DNA from: Verrucomicrobiales bacterium
Lineage (GTDB): Bacteria > Verrucomicrobiota > Verrucomicrobiia > Limisphaerales > UBA9464
DNA length: 64,000 nt
Reading direction: 5' to 3'
Assembly (NCBI GenBank): GCA_027483345.1
Contig: JAIXUV010000208.1
Coordinates: forward strand, 1,612-65,611
A model generated the notes under the pieces. That model had not been told where the DNA came from. It did not search any database and worked only from the letters and a program-made list of their open reading frames with translations. Of the stretch, positions 36,228 through 47,032 are shown in pieces. Made by a program: the position numbers and the translations under genes. Position 1 is the stretch's first letter. Each line of letters opens with the position of its first letter.

Positions 36228-36343
36228 GCCGCCGTTGTCGCAGCCGACGGCGGCGGGTGCAATGGCGTTGGTGGGGAAACAGGGCCGGAAGCCCGCGCCA
36301 TTCCCGGATTGGCCCGCGGTGCCCCTGCGGACAGGATGCCCGG

Positions 36344-37174
36344 GTGAAACCGGTCGAGCTTCCCCCGTTGCTGGAGCGTCTCTTCGGCGCCGACCGCTAC
36401 GCCTTCCAGTTCGGCATGCACCGCGCGGGCGGGGACTGGTTCGATCCGGCCGGAAGCGATCCCGCGGCGCTGGAGGAGCGGGCGCGTCTGCTGCGCGAGT
36501 CCCCGGAGACCTGCCGGGTCTGGGCTCCCGGCACGGAGGAGGTCTTCGCCGAGGCGGCCTCGCTGTTCACCGGCTTCGAAGCCGGGGCGTCCGATCCCGA
36601 GTCCCTTTCCCGGTTGTCGTCCATCTGGGAACCGGACTTCGTGCTCCTGCGCCGTGCCGACGACGGAGATTTCCGCCTCGTGGGCGGGGCGGTGTGCTTC
36701 CCGTCCTCGTGGGACGTCCGGGAGAAGGTCGGCCTGGACGTCACCGCGATCCACGGGGTGGTGCCCGGGCTCAACGCGGCGTTGGGTGCCCGGATCCGGA
36801 CTTTCCTGGGGCGGTTGCCGTCGGAAGGGGTGTTCGAACGGGAGAACTGGGGCCTTGCCGCGCACGGCGAGAGGAACGCCCATCCGGAACTGGGCCGACC
36901 CCGTCTCGGCCCGCACAGCCGCGTCGACAACACCTGGCTGCGCCTCGAGCACCAGGCCTTCCGCGCATTGCCCGCCAGCGAGGGCATCCTCTTCGTCATC
37001 CGCCTGACGGTGCATCCGTTGTCCGAGGTGCTGGCGATCCCGGGCGTGCGCGGAAACCTCCGGCGGCACTTGGAGACGATGCCCGATGAGGTGGCCGTGT
37101 ACAAAGGCATCGAACCCGGACGGGCGTCCTTGGTTGAGGCCCTCCGCCATTGGAACGACGGGTCCGGGTCCTGA
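36344..37174 (+). CDS. DUF3445-family protein (heme-dependent oxidative N-demethylase-like)
   Basis: GGAVCFPSSWDVREKVG and WLRLEHQAFRALPASEGILFVIR resemble DUF3445. The start is uncertain: GTG 36344 in the frame of the 36257 ORF. Confidence 0.5.
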   Translation: MKPVELPPLLERLFGADRYAFQFGMHRAGGDWFDPAGSDPAALEERARLLRESPETCRVWAPGTEEVFAEAASLFTGFEAGASDPESLSRLSSIWEPDFVLLRRADDGDFRLVGGAVCFPSSWDVREKVGLDVTAIHGVVPGLNAALGARIRTFLGRLPSEGVFERENWGLAAHGERNAHPELGRPRLGPHSRVDNTWLRLEHQAFRALPASEGILFVIRLTVHPLSEVLAIPGVRGNLRRHLETMPDEVAVYKGIEPGRASLVEALRHWNDGSGS

Positions 37175-37273
37175 GCCGCGCGTGCATTCCGTTTCGATTG
37201 GCCTTGGAATGGAGATGCCGTCTCCCGTCCGGCGTGCTTGATCGCCGGGGTGTCGAGGCTAGCTTCGCCGCCC

Positions 37274-38476
37274 ATGAGTTTCGTCGAGGCGTTCAACAAC
37301 CTGCCGTTCGAGGCGCTGCTTTCGCGGGCGGCCACCACCGACGGCGCCGCGCCGCGGGCGGTGCTGGACCGTGGCGTCTCGTCCTTGGCCGACTTCGCGA
37401 CGCTCCTATCGCCCGCCGCCTCGGGTCATCTGGAGGAACTGTGTCGCCGCTCCCAGACGCTGACGCGTCAGCGCTTCGGCCGCACCATCCGCCTCTTCGC
37501 GCCGCTCTACCTCAGCAACGAGTGCATCAACAACTGCGCCTACTGCGGCTTCTCCAGGGACAACCCGATCCTGCGGGTGACGCTCTCCGTGGAGGAGGTC
37601 GAACGGGAGGCCCGCGCACTCGCGGAGCAGGGGTTCCGCAACATCCTGCTCGTGGCCGGAGAACATCCGAAGTTCGTCTCGTCGGGCTACATGGCGGACT
37701 GCATCCGTCGCCTGCATCCGTTCGTGCCCTCGATCTCGCTCGAGGTCGGGCCGATGGAAACCCCGGAGTATGTGCCCTTGGTGGCGGCCGGCGCGGAGGG
37801 CCTGGTGGTGTACCAGGAGACCTACGACCGCACGGTGTACTCGAAGATGCACACCCTTGGGCCCAAGCGGGACTTCGACTGGCGCCTGGCCACGCCCGAG
37901 CGGGCCTACGAGGCGGGCTTCCGCCGATTGGGCATCGCGGCCCTCTATGGTCTGTCGGACTGGCGTCGCGAGGCGCTGTCGGTGGCCGCGCATGCGTCGT
38001 GGCTGCTGAAGCATTGCTGGAAGGCCCAGGTGACGGTCTCGCTCCCGCGGTTGCGTCCCTGCGCGGGGGAGTTCCAGCCGCTCACGTCGTTCGCGGACCG
38101 GGACCTCGTGCAGGTTATCGCGGCGATGCGCCTGTTCCTTCCCGACGTCGGCATCGTCCTTTCCACTCGGGAGAACGCGGCTCTCCGGGACCGCTTGCTG
38201 CCCCTGGGGATCACTCACGCGAGCGCGGGCAGCCACACCGAGCCCGGAGGCTACACGGGCGCCGGCAAGGACTCGCTCCACCACACGGTGCGGGGACGCA
38301 TCGTGGAATTGGCATCCGGGGCCGCTGGGATGACGCCGGCCGCGGGCCGGGCGACCGGGGCGACCGGGCAGTTCGACATCGCCGACGACCGTCCTCCCGA
38401 GGTCGTCGCGGAACAGATCCGTCGGCTCGGCTACGAACCGGTCTGGAAGGACTGGGACGCGGCGTTGAGCGCCTGA
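37274..38476 (+). CDS. thiH: 2-iminoacetate synthase ThiH (radical SAM)
   Basis: DFATLLSPAA, FGRTIRLFAPLYLSNECINNCAYCGFS (CxxxCxxC), ILLVAGEHP. Confidence 0.85.
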   Translation: MSFVEAFNNLPFEALLSRAATTDGAAPRAVLDRGVSSLADFATLLSPAASGHLEELCRRSQTLTRQRFGRTIRLFAPLYLSNECINNCAYCGFSRDNPILRVTLSVEEVEREARALAEQGFRNILLVAGEHPKFVSSGYMADCIRRLHPFVPSISLEVGPMETPEYVPLVAAGAEGLVVYQETYDRTVYSKMHTLGPKRDFDWRLATPERAYEAGFRRLGIAALYGLSDWRREALSVAAHASWLLKHCWKAQVTVSLPRLRPCAGEFQPLTSFADRDLVQVIAAMRLFLPDVGIVLSTRENAALRDRLLPLGITHASAGSHTEPGGYTGAGKDSLHHTVRGRIVELASGAAGMTPAAGRATGATGQFDIADDRPPEVVAEQIRRLGYEPVWKDWDAALSA

Positions 38477-38656
38477 GCGGAGGGACCGTCACGCTGCGGA
38501 ACGGTGCAGAAGGGATCGGCACGCGAAGCCGCAAAGCCGATGGATTCCCGTCGATGAACCGTACGCCGGGTGGTGACTGCGGTTTCGAACCGGAATCCCT
38601 GACCCATTGGCGGCTTGGCGATTTTGCGTGAGTCCCTTCCTCGGTTCCCGCGCCTT

Positions 38657-40624
38657 TCAGCGGCGCGGGAGCGAGCCCACCCAGCGGTCCAGCTTCTCGG
38701 GCGAGGCCGCCGCCTCGCGCAGGACCGGCTTGGGACCCGCCGCGACGAGCGCGCCCTCGGCATCTCCGAGCAGGTGGATGCCGGGCACGAAGTCCTCGGG
38801 CCGGATCCACTCGGCGTCGGTCCGGCCGAGCCCCGCGGGATCCACGACCAGCGCGTCGGCCATCGGGGCTGCGAGGGCGGCCCAGAGCGCGGCGCGGCCG
38901 GCACCGAGCAGGACCACCGGGGCGTCCGGCTTCGCCAACCGCGCGAAGGTGGCGGCGCTCGCCACGTCCCGAACCCGCTGCTGCATCACCGTCCGGTTGT
39001 AGCCGGCGAAGAAGTCCTGGAACGGCGACCGGCCCACGACCGAGCCGTCCGTCCCGGGACCGCATTGGAAGGGCGTGATGGCGAGCACCGCGTGGCCGAG
39101 GGCGACCAGGCCTTCCATCCGGGCCCGTTCCGCGCCGCCCTTCTCGGCGGCCTGCGCGCCGTCCGGGTGCACCAACACCACCACGCTCCGGGTGTCGCCG
39201 GCCTTCGCGGGGATCCAGAGCACACCCGAGACACGGTCCCCTTTGCCAGGTCGTCCGAAGGCCACCTCGGAGCGGACGATTCCGTCGTCGCGGGTCGATT
39301 CCGCGGATTCGCCGACCACCGGTTCCGAAGGATCGATGAGCAGGGTGTGGCGCCACACCCGCAGCGATTCCGCGGAGGCGTCCTTCGAACGCAGGCGCTT
39401 CTCGACGACACCCCGGCGTTCGGCGATCCAGGCGCTGGTGAACTCGGCCTCACCGATCGCGTCGGCCGGCATGCGCCCGTCGGGAAACGCCTTCAGGTCC
39501 TCCGGCTTCTCCGCGGTGTAGGGAATCTCCGGGATCCGATCGGCGGCCGGCTTGCCGAGGAGGTACTGTGCGAAGAACGCGTAGACCGCCTCGCGTGTGG
39601 TCTGGTTGTAGTTGTGCGGGAAGTCGAACCGCGTGTAGCGGAGCCGGTCCTTGGCCCCGAACAGCGTGTACACGCCCTCGATGGCCGGGCCTTCGACGGT
39701 CATCGTCTCCTTGGTCCAATCGCCGCTGGCCGCGACGAGGATCTGGGGCTTCGGCGCGAAGGCCGCGGCGTATTCCATGTTCGAGTGGTCCACGCGGAGC
39801 GCCGGGGCGTTCTCACACCAGCAGCCTCCCTGCATCGAGCAGGACACCATCACGATCGGCGCGCTCACGGCGATGCGGTCGTCCACCGCGGCGAGCAGGA
39901 ACGTCTGCGAACCTCCCCCGGACGCCCCGGTGCAGCCGATGCGCTTCGGGTCCACGTCGGGCAGCGAGGCCACGAAGTCGAGGGCGCGCACCGAGTTCCA
40001 CGTCTGGACGCCCAGCAGCGTGAAGTTCCACAGCTGGTTCGTCTCCGCGCGGAAGAGCTTCTGCTGGAGCGTGTGGTAGTTCGCCACCCGGATGGCGCCG
40101 TCGGCGTCCTTCGGTCCGAACTGGATCGTGTCCACGTAGCCGGTCATGTCGTAGGCGAAGGCCACGATGCCCATGCGCGCGAACTGGATGCATCGGGCGA
40201 CGACCGATCCCGTGGGAGTGTCGGCGAGACGGCCGGCGTCCCAGTGTCCGTGGGGATTCAGGATCGCGGGGAAGGGGCCGGCGCCCTGGCCGAGTGGGCG
40301 GTAGAGGTTGCCCCCGAGATAGAATCCGGGGCGTGGCTGGATGAGGACCTTCTCCACCGAGTAGCCGTCGCGTTCGATGCGCCCGAAGACGCGCGGGCGG
40401 AGGTCGTTCTTCTCCGGCAACGGAAGGATCCCGGACGAAGCGAGCGTCTGGTGGCGGAGATCCTCGGCGCGGTCGCGCCAGGCACCCGCGTTCGGTATTC
40501 CGGGGAAGGTCCGCCGCGTGTTCAGGGTCACGGCGGGTCCGGACCGCTGGTCGGATCCGGGCAGGTTCGCCGCGTGGAGGACCGGTGCCAGGAGGCCCAC
40601 GAGAAGCCAGCGGGGGAGGAACAT
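38657..40624 (-). CDS. secreted alpha/beta hydrolase (acetyl-xylan-esterase/dienelactone-hydrolase-like)
   Basis: Signal peptide MFLPRWLLVGLLAPVLHA. Nucleophile elbow GCTGASGGGSQTF. Confidence 0.65.
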   Translation of the reverse strand: MFLPRWLLVGLLAPVLHAANLPGSDQRSGPAVTLNTRRTFPGIPNAGAWRDRAEDLRHQTLASSGILPLPEKNDLRPRVFGRIERDGYSVEKVLIQPRPGFYLGGNLYRPLGQGAGPFPAILNPHGHWDAGRLADTPTGSVVARCIQFARMGIVAFAYDMTGYVDTIQFGPKDADGAIRVANYHTLQQKLFRAETNQLWNFTLLGVQTWNSVRALDFVASLPDVDPKRIGCTGASGGGSQTFLLAAVDDRIAVSAPIVMVSCSMQGGCWCENAPALRVDHSNMEYAAAFAPKPQILVAASGDWTKETMTVEGPAIEGVYTLFGAKDRLRYTRFDFPHNYNQTTREAVYAFFAQYLLGKPAADRIPEIPYTAEKPEDLKAFPDGRMPADAIGEAEFTSAWIAERRGVVEKRLRSKDASAESLRVWRHTLLIDPSEPVVGESAESTRDDGIVRSEVAFGRPGKGDRVSGVLWIPAKAGDTRSVVVLVHPDGAQAAEKGGAERARMEGLVALGHAVLAITPFQCGPGTDGSVVGRSPFQDFFAGYNRTVMQQRVRDVASAATFARLAKPDAPVVLLGAGRAALWAALAAPMADALVVDPAGLGRTDAEWIRPEDFVPGIHLLGDAEGALVAAGPKPVLREAAASPEKLDRWVGSLPRR

Positions 40625-40704
40625 GGCCTCAGCCTACCGGCGATGGCGCGACGACGGAAGCGTGTTGGAGAATGCCGAAGACGCGGTCGCGGTCGGCCGG
40701 AGGT

Positions 40705-41502
40705 TCAGAGGATCTCCCCGGTCCAGACGGTCACCGCGGAACCCGACAGGACGACCCGGTCGCCGAGCAGTTCCACGCCGACCGTGCCGCCGCGTCGACT
40801 TTCCTGGCGGCCGGTCATGCGGGTCCGGCCGAGTCGGGATGCCCAGTATGGGGCGAGCGTGCAATGGGCGGAGCCGGTGACCGGATCCTCGGGAACGCCC
40901 GCGGCCGGCGCGAAGAAGCGGCTGACGAAGTCGTGGTCCGCGATGTCCGAGGCCGCGGTCACGATGACGCCACGGACCGGCAGTTGTGCCAGTGCGGCGA
41001 GGTCGGGCCGGAGTGTGCGCACCCTGGTGGCGTCGGCGACCTCCACAAGCAGGTCGTCTTCGCCGCGTCCGCACCAGGCCAACGCGGTTCCCAATGCTTC
41101 CGCAAGGCCTGCGGGAGCGGTCACCTCGGGTGCGGGGCGCGCGGGGAAATCCATCTCGACGCGCTGCGTCCCAGGGTTGCGTCGGCAGACGAGCCGGCCG
41201 CTGCGGGTGTGGAAGCGGAGGGCTTCCCCGGATGGCGCCAAGCCGCATTCCCAGAGGCGATGGGCGGTGGCCAGGGTGGCATGACCGCACAGCCGGACCT
41301 CCGTCGTGGGAGTGAACCATCGGAGGTCCCAGTCGCCGTCGGAGCGGCGGACGGGGAAGGCCGTCTCCGAAAGGTTCATCTCGGCGGCCACGGAAGCCAT
41401 CCAGGATTCCGTGGAACCGGACGGGGCGAGACAGACCGCCGCCGGATTGCCCTCGAACGGGCGGGAGGCGAAGGCGTCGACGACGCTGATCGGTATCGGC
41501 AT
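40705..41502 (-). CDS. PhzF-family isomerase
   Basis: VVDAFASRPFEGNPAAVCL, LCGHATLA, EDPVTGSAHCTLAPYW. Confidence 0.85.
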   Translation of the reverse strand: MPIPISVVDAFASRPFEGNPAAVCLAPSGSTESWMASVAAEMNLSETAFPVRRSDGDWDLRWFTPTTEVRLCGHATLATAHRLWECGLAPSGEALRFHTRSGRLVCRRNPGTQRVEMDFPARPAPEVTAPAGLAEALGTALAWCGRGEDDLLVEVADATRVRTLRPDLAALAQLPVRGVIVTAASDIADHDFVSRFFAPAAGVPEDPVTGSAHCTLAPYWASRLGRTRMTGRQESRRGGTVGVELLGDRVVLSGSAVTVWTGEIL

Positions 41503-41513
41503 GGCCGGCGGGA

Positions 41514-42500
41514 TCAGGGTACGGGCAATTCGTCGAAGATCCGCTTCACGACGTCCTCGGAGGTCTTCTCCTCGGCCTCGGCCTCGTAGGTGACGGTGAC
41601 GCGGTGGCGGAGGACGTCCATGCCGACGCTCTTCACGTCCTGGGGCGTCACGTAGCCGCGGCCGCGGAGGAAGGCGTGGGCCTTGGAGGCGAGGGCGAGG
41701 GCGATGGTGGCGCGCGGGCTGGCGCCCATCTGGATGAGGTCCTTGACCTGGATCTTGTAGGTCGCGGGCTCCCGGGTGGCGCAGATCACGTCGACGATGT
41801 AGTCCTTCACCTTATCGTCGACGTAGATGTCGTTGATGACCTCGCGGGCGCGGAGGATCGCGGCGGCCTCGACGACGGGGTTGGCGACCGGGTGGCCGTT
41901 GGTGCGGGCCATGAGGTCGAGGATCATGCGTTCCTCGTCGCGGGTGGGGTAGCCCACCTTGAGCTTGAGCATGAAGCGGTCGACCTGGGCCTCGGGCAGG
42001 GCGTAGGTGCCTTCCTGCTCGATCGGGTTCTGGGTGGCCAAGACGAGGAACGGCTCGGGCAGCTTGTAGGTCTGGTCGCCGATGGTGACCTGCCGTTCCT
42101 GCATCGCCTCGAGCAGCGCCGACTGGACCTTGGCCGGGGCGCGGTTGATCTCGTCGGCGAGCACGAGGTTGGCGAACACGGGACCCTTCCGGGTCGTGAA
42201 GCCGCCGGCGGGGTTGTAGATCTGGGTGCCGACGACGTCGGCCGGGAGCATGTCCGGCGTGAACTGGAGACGTGAGAACTTCACGTGGAGCGCGGTCGCC
42301 AGGGTCTTGACGGAAAGCGTCTTGGCGAGGCCGGGGACGCCTTCGAGCAGGACGTGGCCGTTGGCGAGCAGGCCGATGATCAGGCGTTCGACGAGGTATT
42401 TCTGTCCCACGACGCAGCGGTTGATCTCCCCCATCAGGGGATTGAGGAAGGCGCTCGACTCCTGGACCGCGGCGTTCAGGGCGCTGACTCCGGAATTCAT
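41514..42500 (-). CDS. MoxR-family AAA+ ATPase
   Basis: VVGQKYLVERLIIGLLANGHVLLEGVPGLAKT, VLADEINRAPAKVQSALLEAMQE, ATQNPIEQEGTYALPEAQVDRF. Confidence 0.9.
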   Translation of the reverse strand: MNSGVSALNAAVQESSAFLNPLMGEINRCVVGQKYLVERLIIGLLANGHVLLEGVPGLAKTLSVKTLATALHVKFSRLQFTPDMLPADVVGTQIYNPAGGFTTRKGPVFANLVLADEINRAPAKVQSALLEAMQERQVTIGDQTYKLPEPFLVLATQNPIEQEGTYALPEAQVDRFMLKLKVGYPTRDEERMILDLMARTNGHPVANPVVEAAAILRAREVINDIYVDDKVKDYIVDVICATREPATYKIQVKDLIQMGASPRATIALALASKAHAFLRGRGYVTPQDVKSVGMDVLRHRVTVTYEAEAEEKTSEDVVKRIFDELPVP

Positions 42501-42618
42501 GTCCGGGATGGATGGCACAACCGCCCCCGGGGTAGCAAGGGGCGCCCTGTGGAATGAGTCGAAAGGGGACGGCCCCACCCCGAGGCGGGAGTGGGGCCGT
42601 GGAATTCGGGATACGGCG

Positions 42619-44196
42619 TCAGGCCCTGTGGCCGGCAAGGAGGACCAGGTCGCCGACCGCGGAGCGCAGGCCGGCGGACCGTTCCTTGAGAAGGCCCGAG
42701 TCGCGGGCGCTGAGGTCCGCCTCGCCGGCGGTGGTCTGGGTGGCGCGGTCGATCTCGCCCATCGAGCCGTTGATCACCTCGATGCCCCGGGCCTGTTCGC
42801 CCGAGGCCACGGCGATCTGGGCGACGAGGTTGTCCACCTCGCGGGCCTTGCCGACGATGTTGCCGAGGCTTTCCACGACTCGTCCGGAGATGGCCACGCC
42901 GGCCATCGCGCGCTGGAGGGATTTGGAGATGCTGGCCTCCGATTCGCGGGAGGCGACGGCGCAGCGTTGGGCGAGGTTGCGTACCTCGTCCGCGACCACG
43001 GCGAATCCGAGCCCGGCCTCGCCGGCGCGGGCGGCCTCGACCGCGGCGTTCAAGGCGAGGATGTTCGTCTGGAAGGCGATCTCGTTGATGCTCTGGAGCA
43101 CCTTCGAGATCTCGTCCGACGACTGCTTGATCTCCTGGATCGCGGTGGAGAGCTCGGACATGTCCTTTGAGCCGTTCTCGGCCGCGGCGCGCGCCTCGTT
43201 GGCGAGGCCCTTCGCCGAGGAGGCGTGTTCGGAGTTTCGGAGGATCATGCTGCGGATCTCCTCCATCGAGGCGCTGGTCTCCTCGACCGATGCGGCCTGC
43301 TTGGAGCTGGACCGGGCCAGGCTCTCGCTGACGGAGGAGAGGCGTCCGGCGGCCGCGGTGACGTCGTTGGCGTCGGTCTCGAGGCGGGAAACGATCCCGG
43401 ACATGGCGCGACCGGTCCGGAGCGCGACGAGCGTCACGAGCAGCATCGCCGCCAGGGAGACGGCGACCGATGCGACGCCGAAGCCGACGGCGCTTTGCCG
43501 GATCTGGCCGAAGCCGGTGACGGTGCGGTCGACGCGCTCGTTGGCGGAAGCGAGGCACTGTTCCTTGAGTCGGGCGGTCGCCTCGGAGAGCGTGGCGACC
43601 CGCGCCGGAACCTCGCCGTCGAGCAGCTTCATGGCCCCGGCGAAGTCGGCCTCGACCATGCCCTTCACCTGGGCGAAGGAGGCCACCAGCTGGTTGAAGG
43701 CCGTCTCGACCTCCTGCACCTGGGCGGGAATCGGACCGTCCTTGAAGACCTCCCGGAGCCGGGCGATCCGCTGCTGGCCCTGCAGGCGGTACTCCTCCGA
43801 CCGCTTCGCCTTGACCGGCTTGTCCGCGTCCTGGGCGAAGAGCCATTCGTAGGAATGCAGTCGGAACAGCGCCAGGTCCTCCTGCAGTGCGGTGACCTCC
43901 TTCAGGCCGGGCAGCCCCTCCTGCTGCAGGGTGTTCAGGGCCGCCGTCCCGCGTTCGCAGACCTGTCGCAGGACGAGACCCTGGACCAGGGCCATCACGA
44001 GCAGGAAGGCGACGGCGAACCGGATGTTGCGGAAGCTGGCGCGGATCGATGCCGGGCGGGAGATCCTGGCGGGTTCCGGCCCGGAGCCGGAGGTGGACGA
44101 GGGGGGGCGGACGTCGGTCGGAACTTCGGCCGTCGGGATCATCTGGCCCGCTTCCCGGCCCACGCGGTTCGAGCCCGCCTGAAGGGTCAAGGTCAT
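42619..44196 (-). CDS. methyl-accepting chemotaxis protein
   Basis: Two TM segments flank a helical periplasmic domain. Signalling hairpin [42 protein letters not shown] overlap with the upstream gene. Confidence 0.85.
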   Translation of the reverse strand: MTLTLQAGSNRVGREAGQMIPTAEVPTDVRPPSSTSGSGPEPARISRPASIRASFRNIRFAVAFLLVMALVQGLVLRQVCERGTAALNTLQQEGLPGLKEVTALQEDLALFRLHSYEWLFAQDADKPVKAKRSEEYRLQGQQRIARLREVFKDGPIPAQVQEVETAFNQLVASFAQVKGMVEADFAGAMKLLDGEVPARVATLSEATARLKEQCLASANERVDRTVTGFGQIRQSAVGFGVASVAVSLAAMLLVTLVALRTGRAMSGIVSRLETDANDVTAAAGRLSSVSESLARSSSKQAASVEETSASMEEIRSMILRNSEHASSAKGLANEARAAAENGSKDMSELSTAIQEIKQSSDEISKVLQSINEIAFQTNILALNAAVEAARAGEAGLGFAVVADEVRNLAQRCAVASRESEASISKSLQRAMAGVAISGRVVESLGNIVGKAREVDNLVAQIAVASGEQARGIEVINGSMGEIDRATQTTAGEADLSARDSGLLKERSAGLRSAVGDLVLLAGHRA

Positions 44197-44606
44197 TGGA
44201 TTGTGAGGGACTTGGCCCCCTTGGTGTCGGATCCCGCCGGAAGGATGGCGATGGCGCCCTTGGTGGAGGCCACGAGGGCCAGCGCCTTGGCGGCGTCGTC
44301 CGCCTTCTTCGGCGGCTGGCCGCGTCCGGAGAACGCCAGCCGCTGCCAGTGGGTCTTGAAGGCGCTGGGGGTCATGCCCGAGGCCTGTTCCAGCGCGGCG
44401 TCGGCCTTCTCGCCGGCGGTGACGATGTTGATGGCGGCGCCGCCGTCCCAATACATGGTCTTTCCGGTGAGGATGTCCTTGAGGGCCCCGGCGGTGAGCT
44501 GGGTCGCGGGAACCCCCTCGTTCACCACCACGACGCCGTCGAGCGCGACGCAGGTGAGGACCGAAAGCAGGGAGAAGAGCCCGGGGAAGAGGATGTGCCG
44601 TTTCAT
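44193..44606 (-). CDS. small periplasmic PBP-like (phosphate/anion-binding-like) protein
   Basis: Signal peptide [33 protein letters not shown]...IAILP resembles the PstS-like half-domain family. Confidence 0.5.
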   Translation of the reverse strand: MKRHILFPGLFSLLSVLTCVALDGVVVVNEGVPATQLTAGALKDILTGKTMYWDGGAAINIVTAGEKADAALEQASGMTPSAFKTHWQRLAFSGRGQPPKKADDAAKALALVASTKGAIAILPAGSDTKGAKSLTIQ

Positions 44607-44628
44607 GGTCTCGCGGGTTGGGGGCCGT

Positions 44629-45843
44629 TCAGAACGAAAGGGTCGTCTTGGCCGCGAACAGCCACCAGCCGTCGTCGTTGCGCACCGGGTTGAGGGTGCT
44701 GCTGTGCAGGAGGCCAGTGCCCCGGATGTAGTGGCCTTCGAGCTTGAAGATCCACCAGTCGGTGATGTCGAAGCGGGCCGAAAGCGCGGCGTCCTTCTGG
44801 AAGGCGTCCGATGGGACCGCGGTTCCGACGCCGCCACGGTTGTCCACGTCGGTGAAGTACTCGGTGTAGTAGCTGCCGAGCTCGAGCCAGGGCGTCAGGC
44901 GCTTCGAGAGACCCACATACCAGACGTCGGGCTGGCTGCTGGTGGGGGCGATGATCATGCCGTTCTCGAGCATGTCGAACCCGGTGGTCTTGTAGGAGTA
45001 GTACTCGGTCTGGAAGGTCCAGCCGTCCTTCTGGTACTCGAGCGAGACCTGTCCGAACGGGATGTCGACCTCGGTCTTCATTCCGCCGGGGCCGAAAGGC
45101 GGGGCGACGGAGATGTGCCAGGTGAAGTCGAAGACCTGTCCGCCGGAAACCCCGAATCGAAGTCCGTCGACGGGGGTGTTCCACCAGAGTTGGGCGCCGG
45201 CGATGAGGCTCTTGTCGATGCCGCTGAATCCGCCGATCGGCGCCGGAGGCAGCCCGTTCTCGAGGATCCTGGCCACGCCGCCTTCCTTGGAGAGGTTCAT
45301 GTAGCCGGCGTAGGCCTCGTAGGAGAGCGCCCCGCCGCTTCCGAGGGAGAAGCTCCCGAAGACCAGTCCGCCGTCGATCGAGGTGGAGAAGTCCCGCCAA
45401 CGGGCGTCGTACATCCCCTGGGGAAGCAGGATCGCGGTGCGCGCGAGGTCGACGTCCTGGATGTGGTTGTAGATGCCGCCGGGGCGGCGGACTCGGCCGC
45501 CGCGGAAACCGACGTGGTCGTTGACCGTGTACTCGATCGAGGCGTAGTCGAGGATCAGCTCGTAGTTGCCGACGTTGCCGACGTCGAAGGTGAACGCCTG
45601 TGCGGTGATCCGGGTGCGGTTGAAGGGGGAGATCGAGGTGTTCAGGCCGAATTCGTTGAACTCGAACGAACCGTCACGGCTGCGACCGAGGTAGTCGTAG
45701 TCGGTGGAGGCGAGGAAACCCTGGCTGGCGAAGCCGTGGAACGAGGCGGTCTTCTCGCCCAGCTTCAGGTCCCACGCGGTCGCGGTGGAACCGGTCAGGA
45801 GGGCGAGGCAAACGGCGGAGATCCGAGGAGTTTGGGGCGTCAT
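44629..45843 (-). CDS. outer-membrane beta-barrel (porin-like) protein
   Basis: Signal peptide, alternating beta-strand pattern, aromatic-rich, C-terminal ...KTTLSF. Confidence 0.6.
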   Translation of the reverse strand: MTPQTPRISAVCLALLTGSTATAWDLKLGEKTASFHGFASQGFLASTDYDYLGRSRDGSFEFNEFGLNTSISPFNRTRITAQAFTFDVGNVGNYELILDYASIEYTVNDHVGFRGGRVRRPGGIYNHIQDVDLARTAILLPQGMYDARWRDFSTSIDGGLVFGSFSLGSGGALSYEAYAGYMNLSKEGGVARILENGLPPAPIGGFSGIDKSLIAGAQLWWNTPVDGLRFGVSGGQVFDFTWHISVAPPFGPGGMKTEVDIPFGQVSLEYQKDGWTFQTEYYSYKTTGFDMLENGMIIAPTSSQPDVWYVGLSKRLTPWLELGSYYTEYFTDVDNRGGVGTAVPSDAFQKDAALSARFDITDWWIFKLEGHYIRGTGLLHSSTLNPVRNDDGWWLFAAKTTLSF

Positions 45844-46030
45844 CTGGAAATGGATGGTTGTCGAAGGTTCCGGTTTCGCCGGTCGGTCACCGGCTGGGAC
45901 TGTAAAAAGTGCAGTGTCCGCTCCCGAGATGATCGGCTCCCGTTGGAGACGCCTTGAGTCGGTTTTCCCGAACCGAAACCGCGGGAATCCATTTGCTCTG
46001 GAGTCGCCGTCCCAAGGACTCTTTGGGCGG

Positions 46031-47029
46031 ATGCATCAGGAACGCGCATTGGTCACCGGCGCAGCCGGTTTCATCGGTTCGCATGTCGCGCGCCATTGCC
46101 GAGACCTCGGGATGCAGGTGGTCGGTGCCGACAACCTCAGCGGAGGCGACGCCGCGAACGTCCCGGAGGGCGTTCCCCTCGAGGTCGGGGACCTGACCGA
46201 CCCCGCTTTCGTCGACGGACTCTGGCAGCGCCACGGAAGCTTTGACTACGTGTATCACCTCGCCGCCTATGCTGCGGAGGGCCTCTCCCACTTCGTGCGG
46301 CGGTTCAACTACCAGACGAACCTCGTCGCCTCGGTGAACCTCATCAACGCCTCGGTGCGTGGCCGGGTCCGCCGGTTCGTCTTCACCAGTTCCATCGCCG
46401 TGTACGGGACCGGCCAGCTCCCGTTGAGCGAATCCACGATCCCGCATCCGGAGGATCCGTACGGCATCTCCAAGTACGCCGTGGAACTCGATCTCAGGGC
46501 CGCCGAGGCGATGTTCGGACTGCCCTTCACCGTCTTCCGGCCCCACAACGTCTACGGCGAGGCGCAGAACATCGCCGACCGCTACCGGAACGTGGTGGGC
46601 ATCTTCATGAACCGGCTGCTCCAGGGACAATCCATGCCGGTGTTCGGCGACGGTCTCCAGAGCCGCGCCTTCAGCCATGTCGACGACGTCGCCCCGTACA
46701 TCGCCGCCGCGCCCCGGGTCCCGGCGAGCGTGAACGCGACCTACAACATCGGTTCGGACACCGTGACCACCGTGCGGGACCTCGCGCACCTCATCGCCGC
46801 GGCGTTCGGGCGTCCTCCGGTGCTGGAGCATCTCGAGGCCCGCAACGAGGTGGTCCATGCCCACGCGGACCACTCCCGGTTCCGCGCCGACTTCCATCCC
46901 CGGGCGGAGGTGCCCTTGGAGGTGGGACTCCGCCGCATGGCGGACTGGGTCCGTTCGCGCGGTCCCGCGGTCCCGACCGTCTTCAAGGGGATCGAGATCC
47001 ACGACAAGCTGCCCGCCTCCTGGCGTTGA
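46031..47029 (+). CDS. NAD-dependent sugar epimerase/dehydratase
   Basis: VTGAAGFIGSH Rossmann motif; YGISKYAVE (YxxxK). Confidence 0.85.
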   Translation: MHQERALVTGAAGFIGSHVARHCRDLGMQVVGADNLSGGDAANVPEGVPLEVGDLTDPAFVDGLWQRHGSFDYVYHLAAYAAEGLSHFVRRFNYQTNLVASVNLINASVRGRVRRFVFTSSIAVYGTGQLPLSESTIPHPEDPYGISKYAVELDLRAAEAMFGLPFTVFRPHNVYGEAQNIADRYRNVVGIFMNRLLQGQSMPVFGDGLQSRAFSHVDDVAPYIAAAPRVPASVNATYNIGSDTVTTVRDLAHLIAAAFGRPPVLEHLEARNEVVHAHADHSRFRADFHPRAEVPLEVGLRRMADWVRSRGPAVPTVFKGIEIHDKLPASWR

Positions 47030-47032
47030 ACG

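Noticed and set aside
37175-37273. Possible TPP riboswitch upstream of thiH.
   Set aside because: The 100-nt leader lacks the conserved CUGAGA and ACCUGAUCUGGAUAAUGCCAGCG-type elements. I could not draw the thi-box fold.
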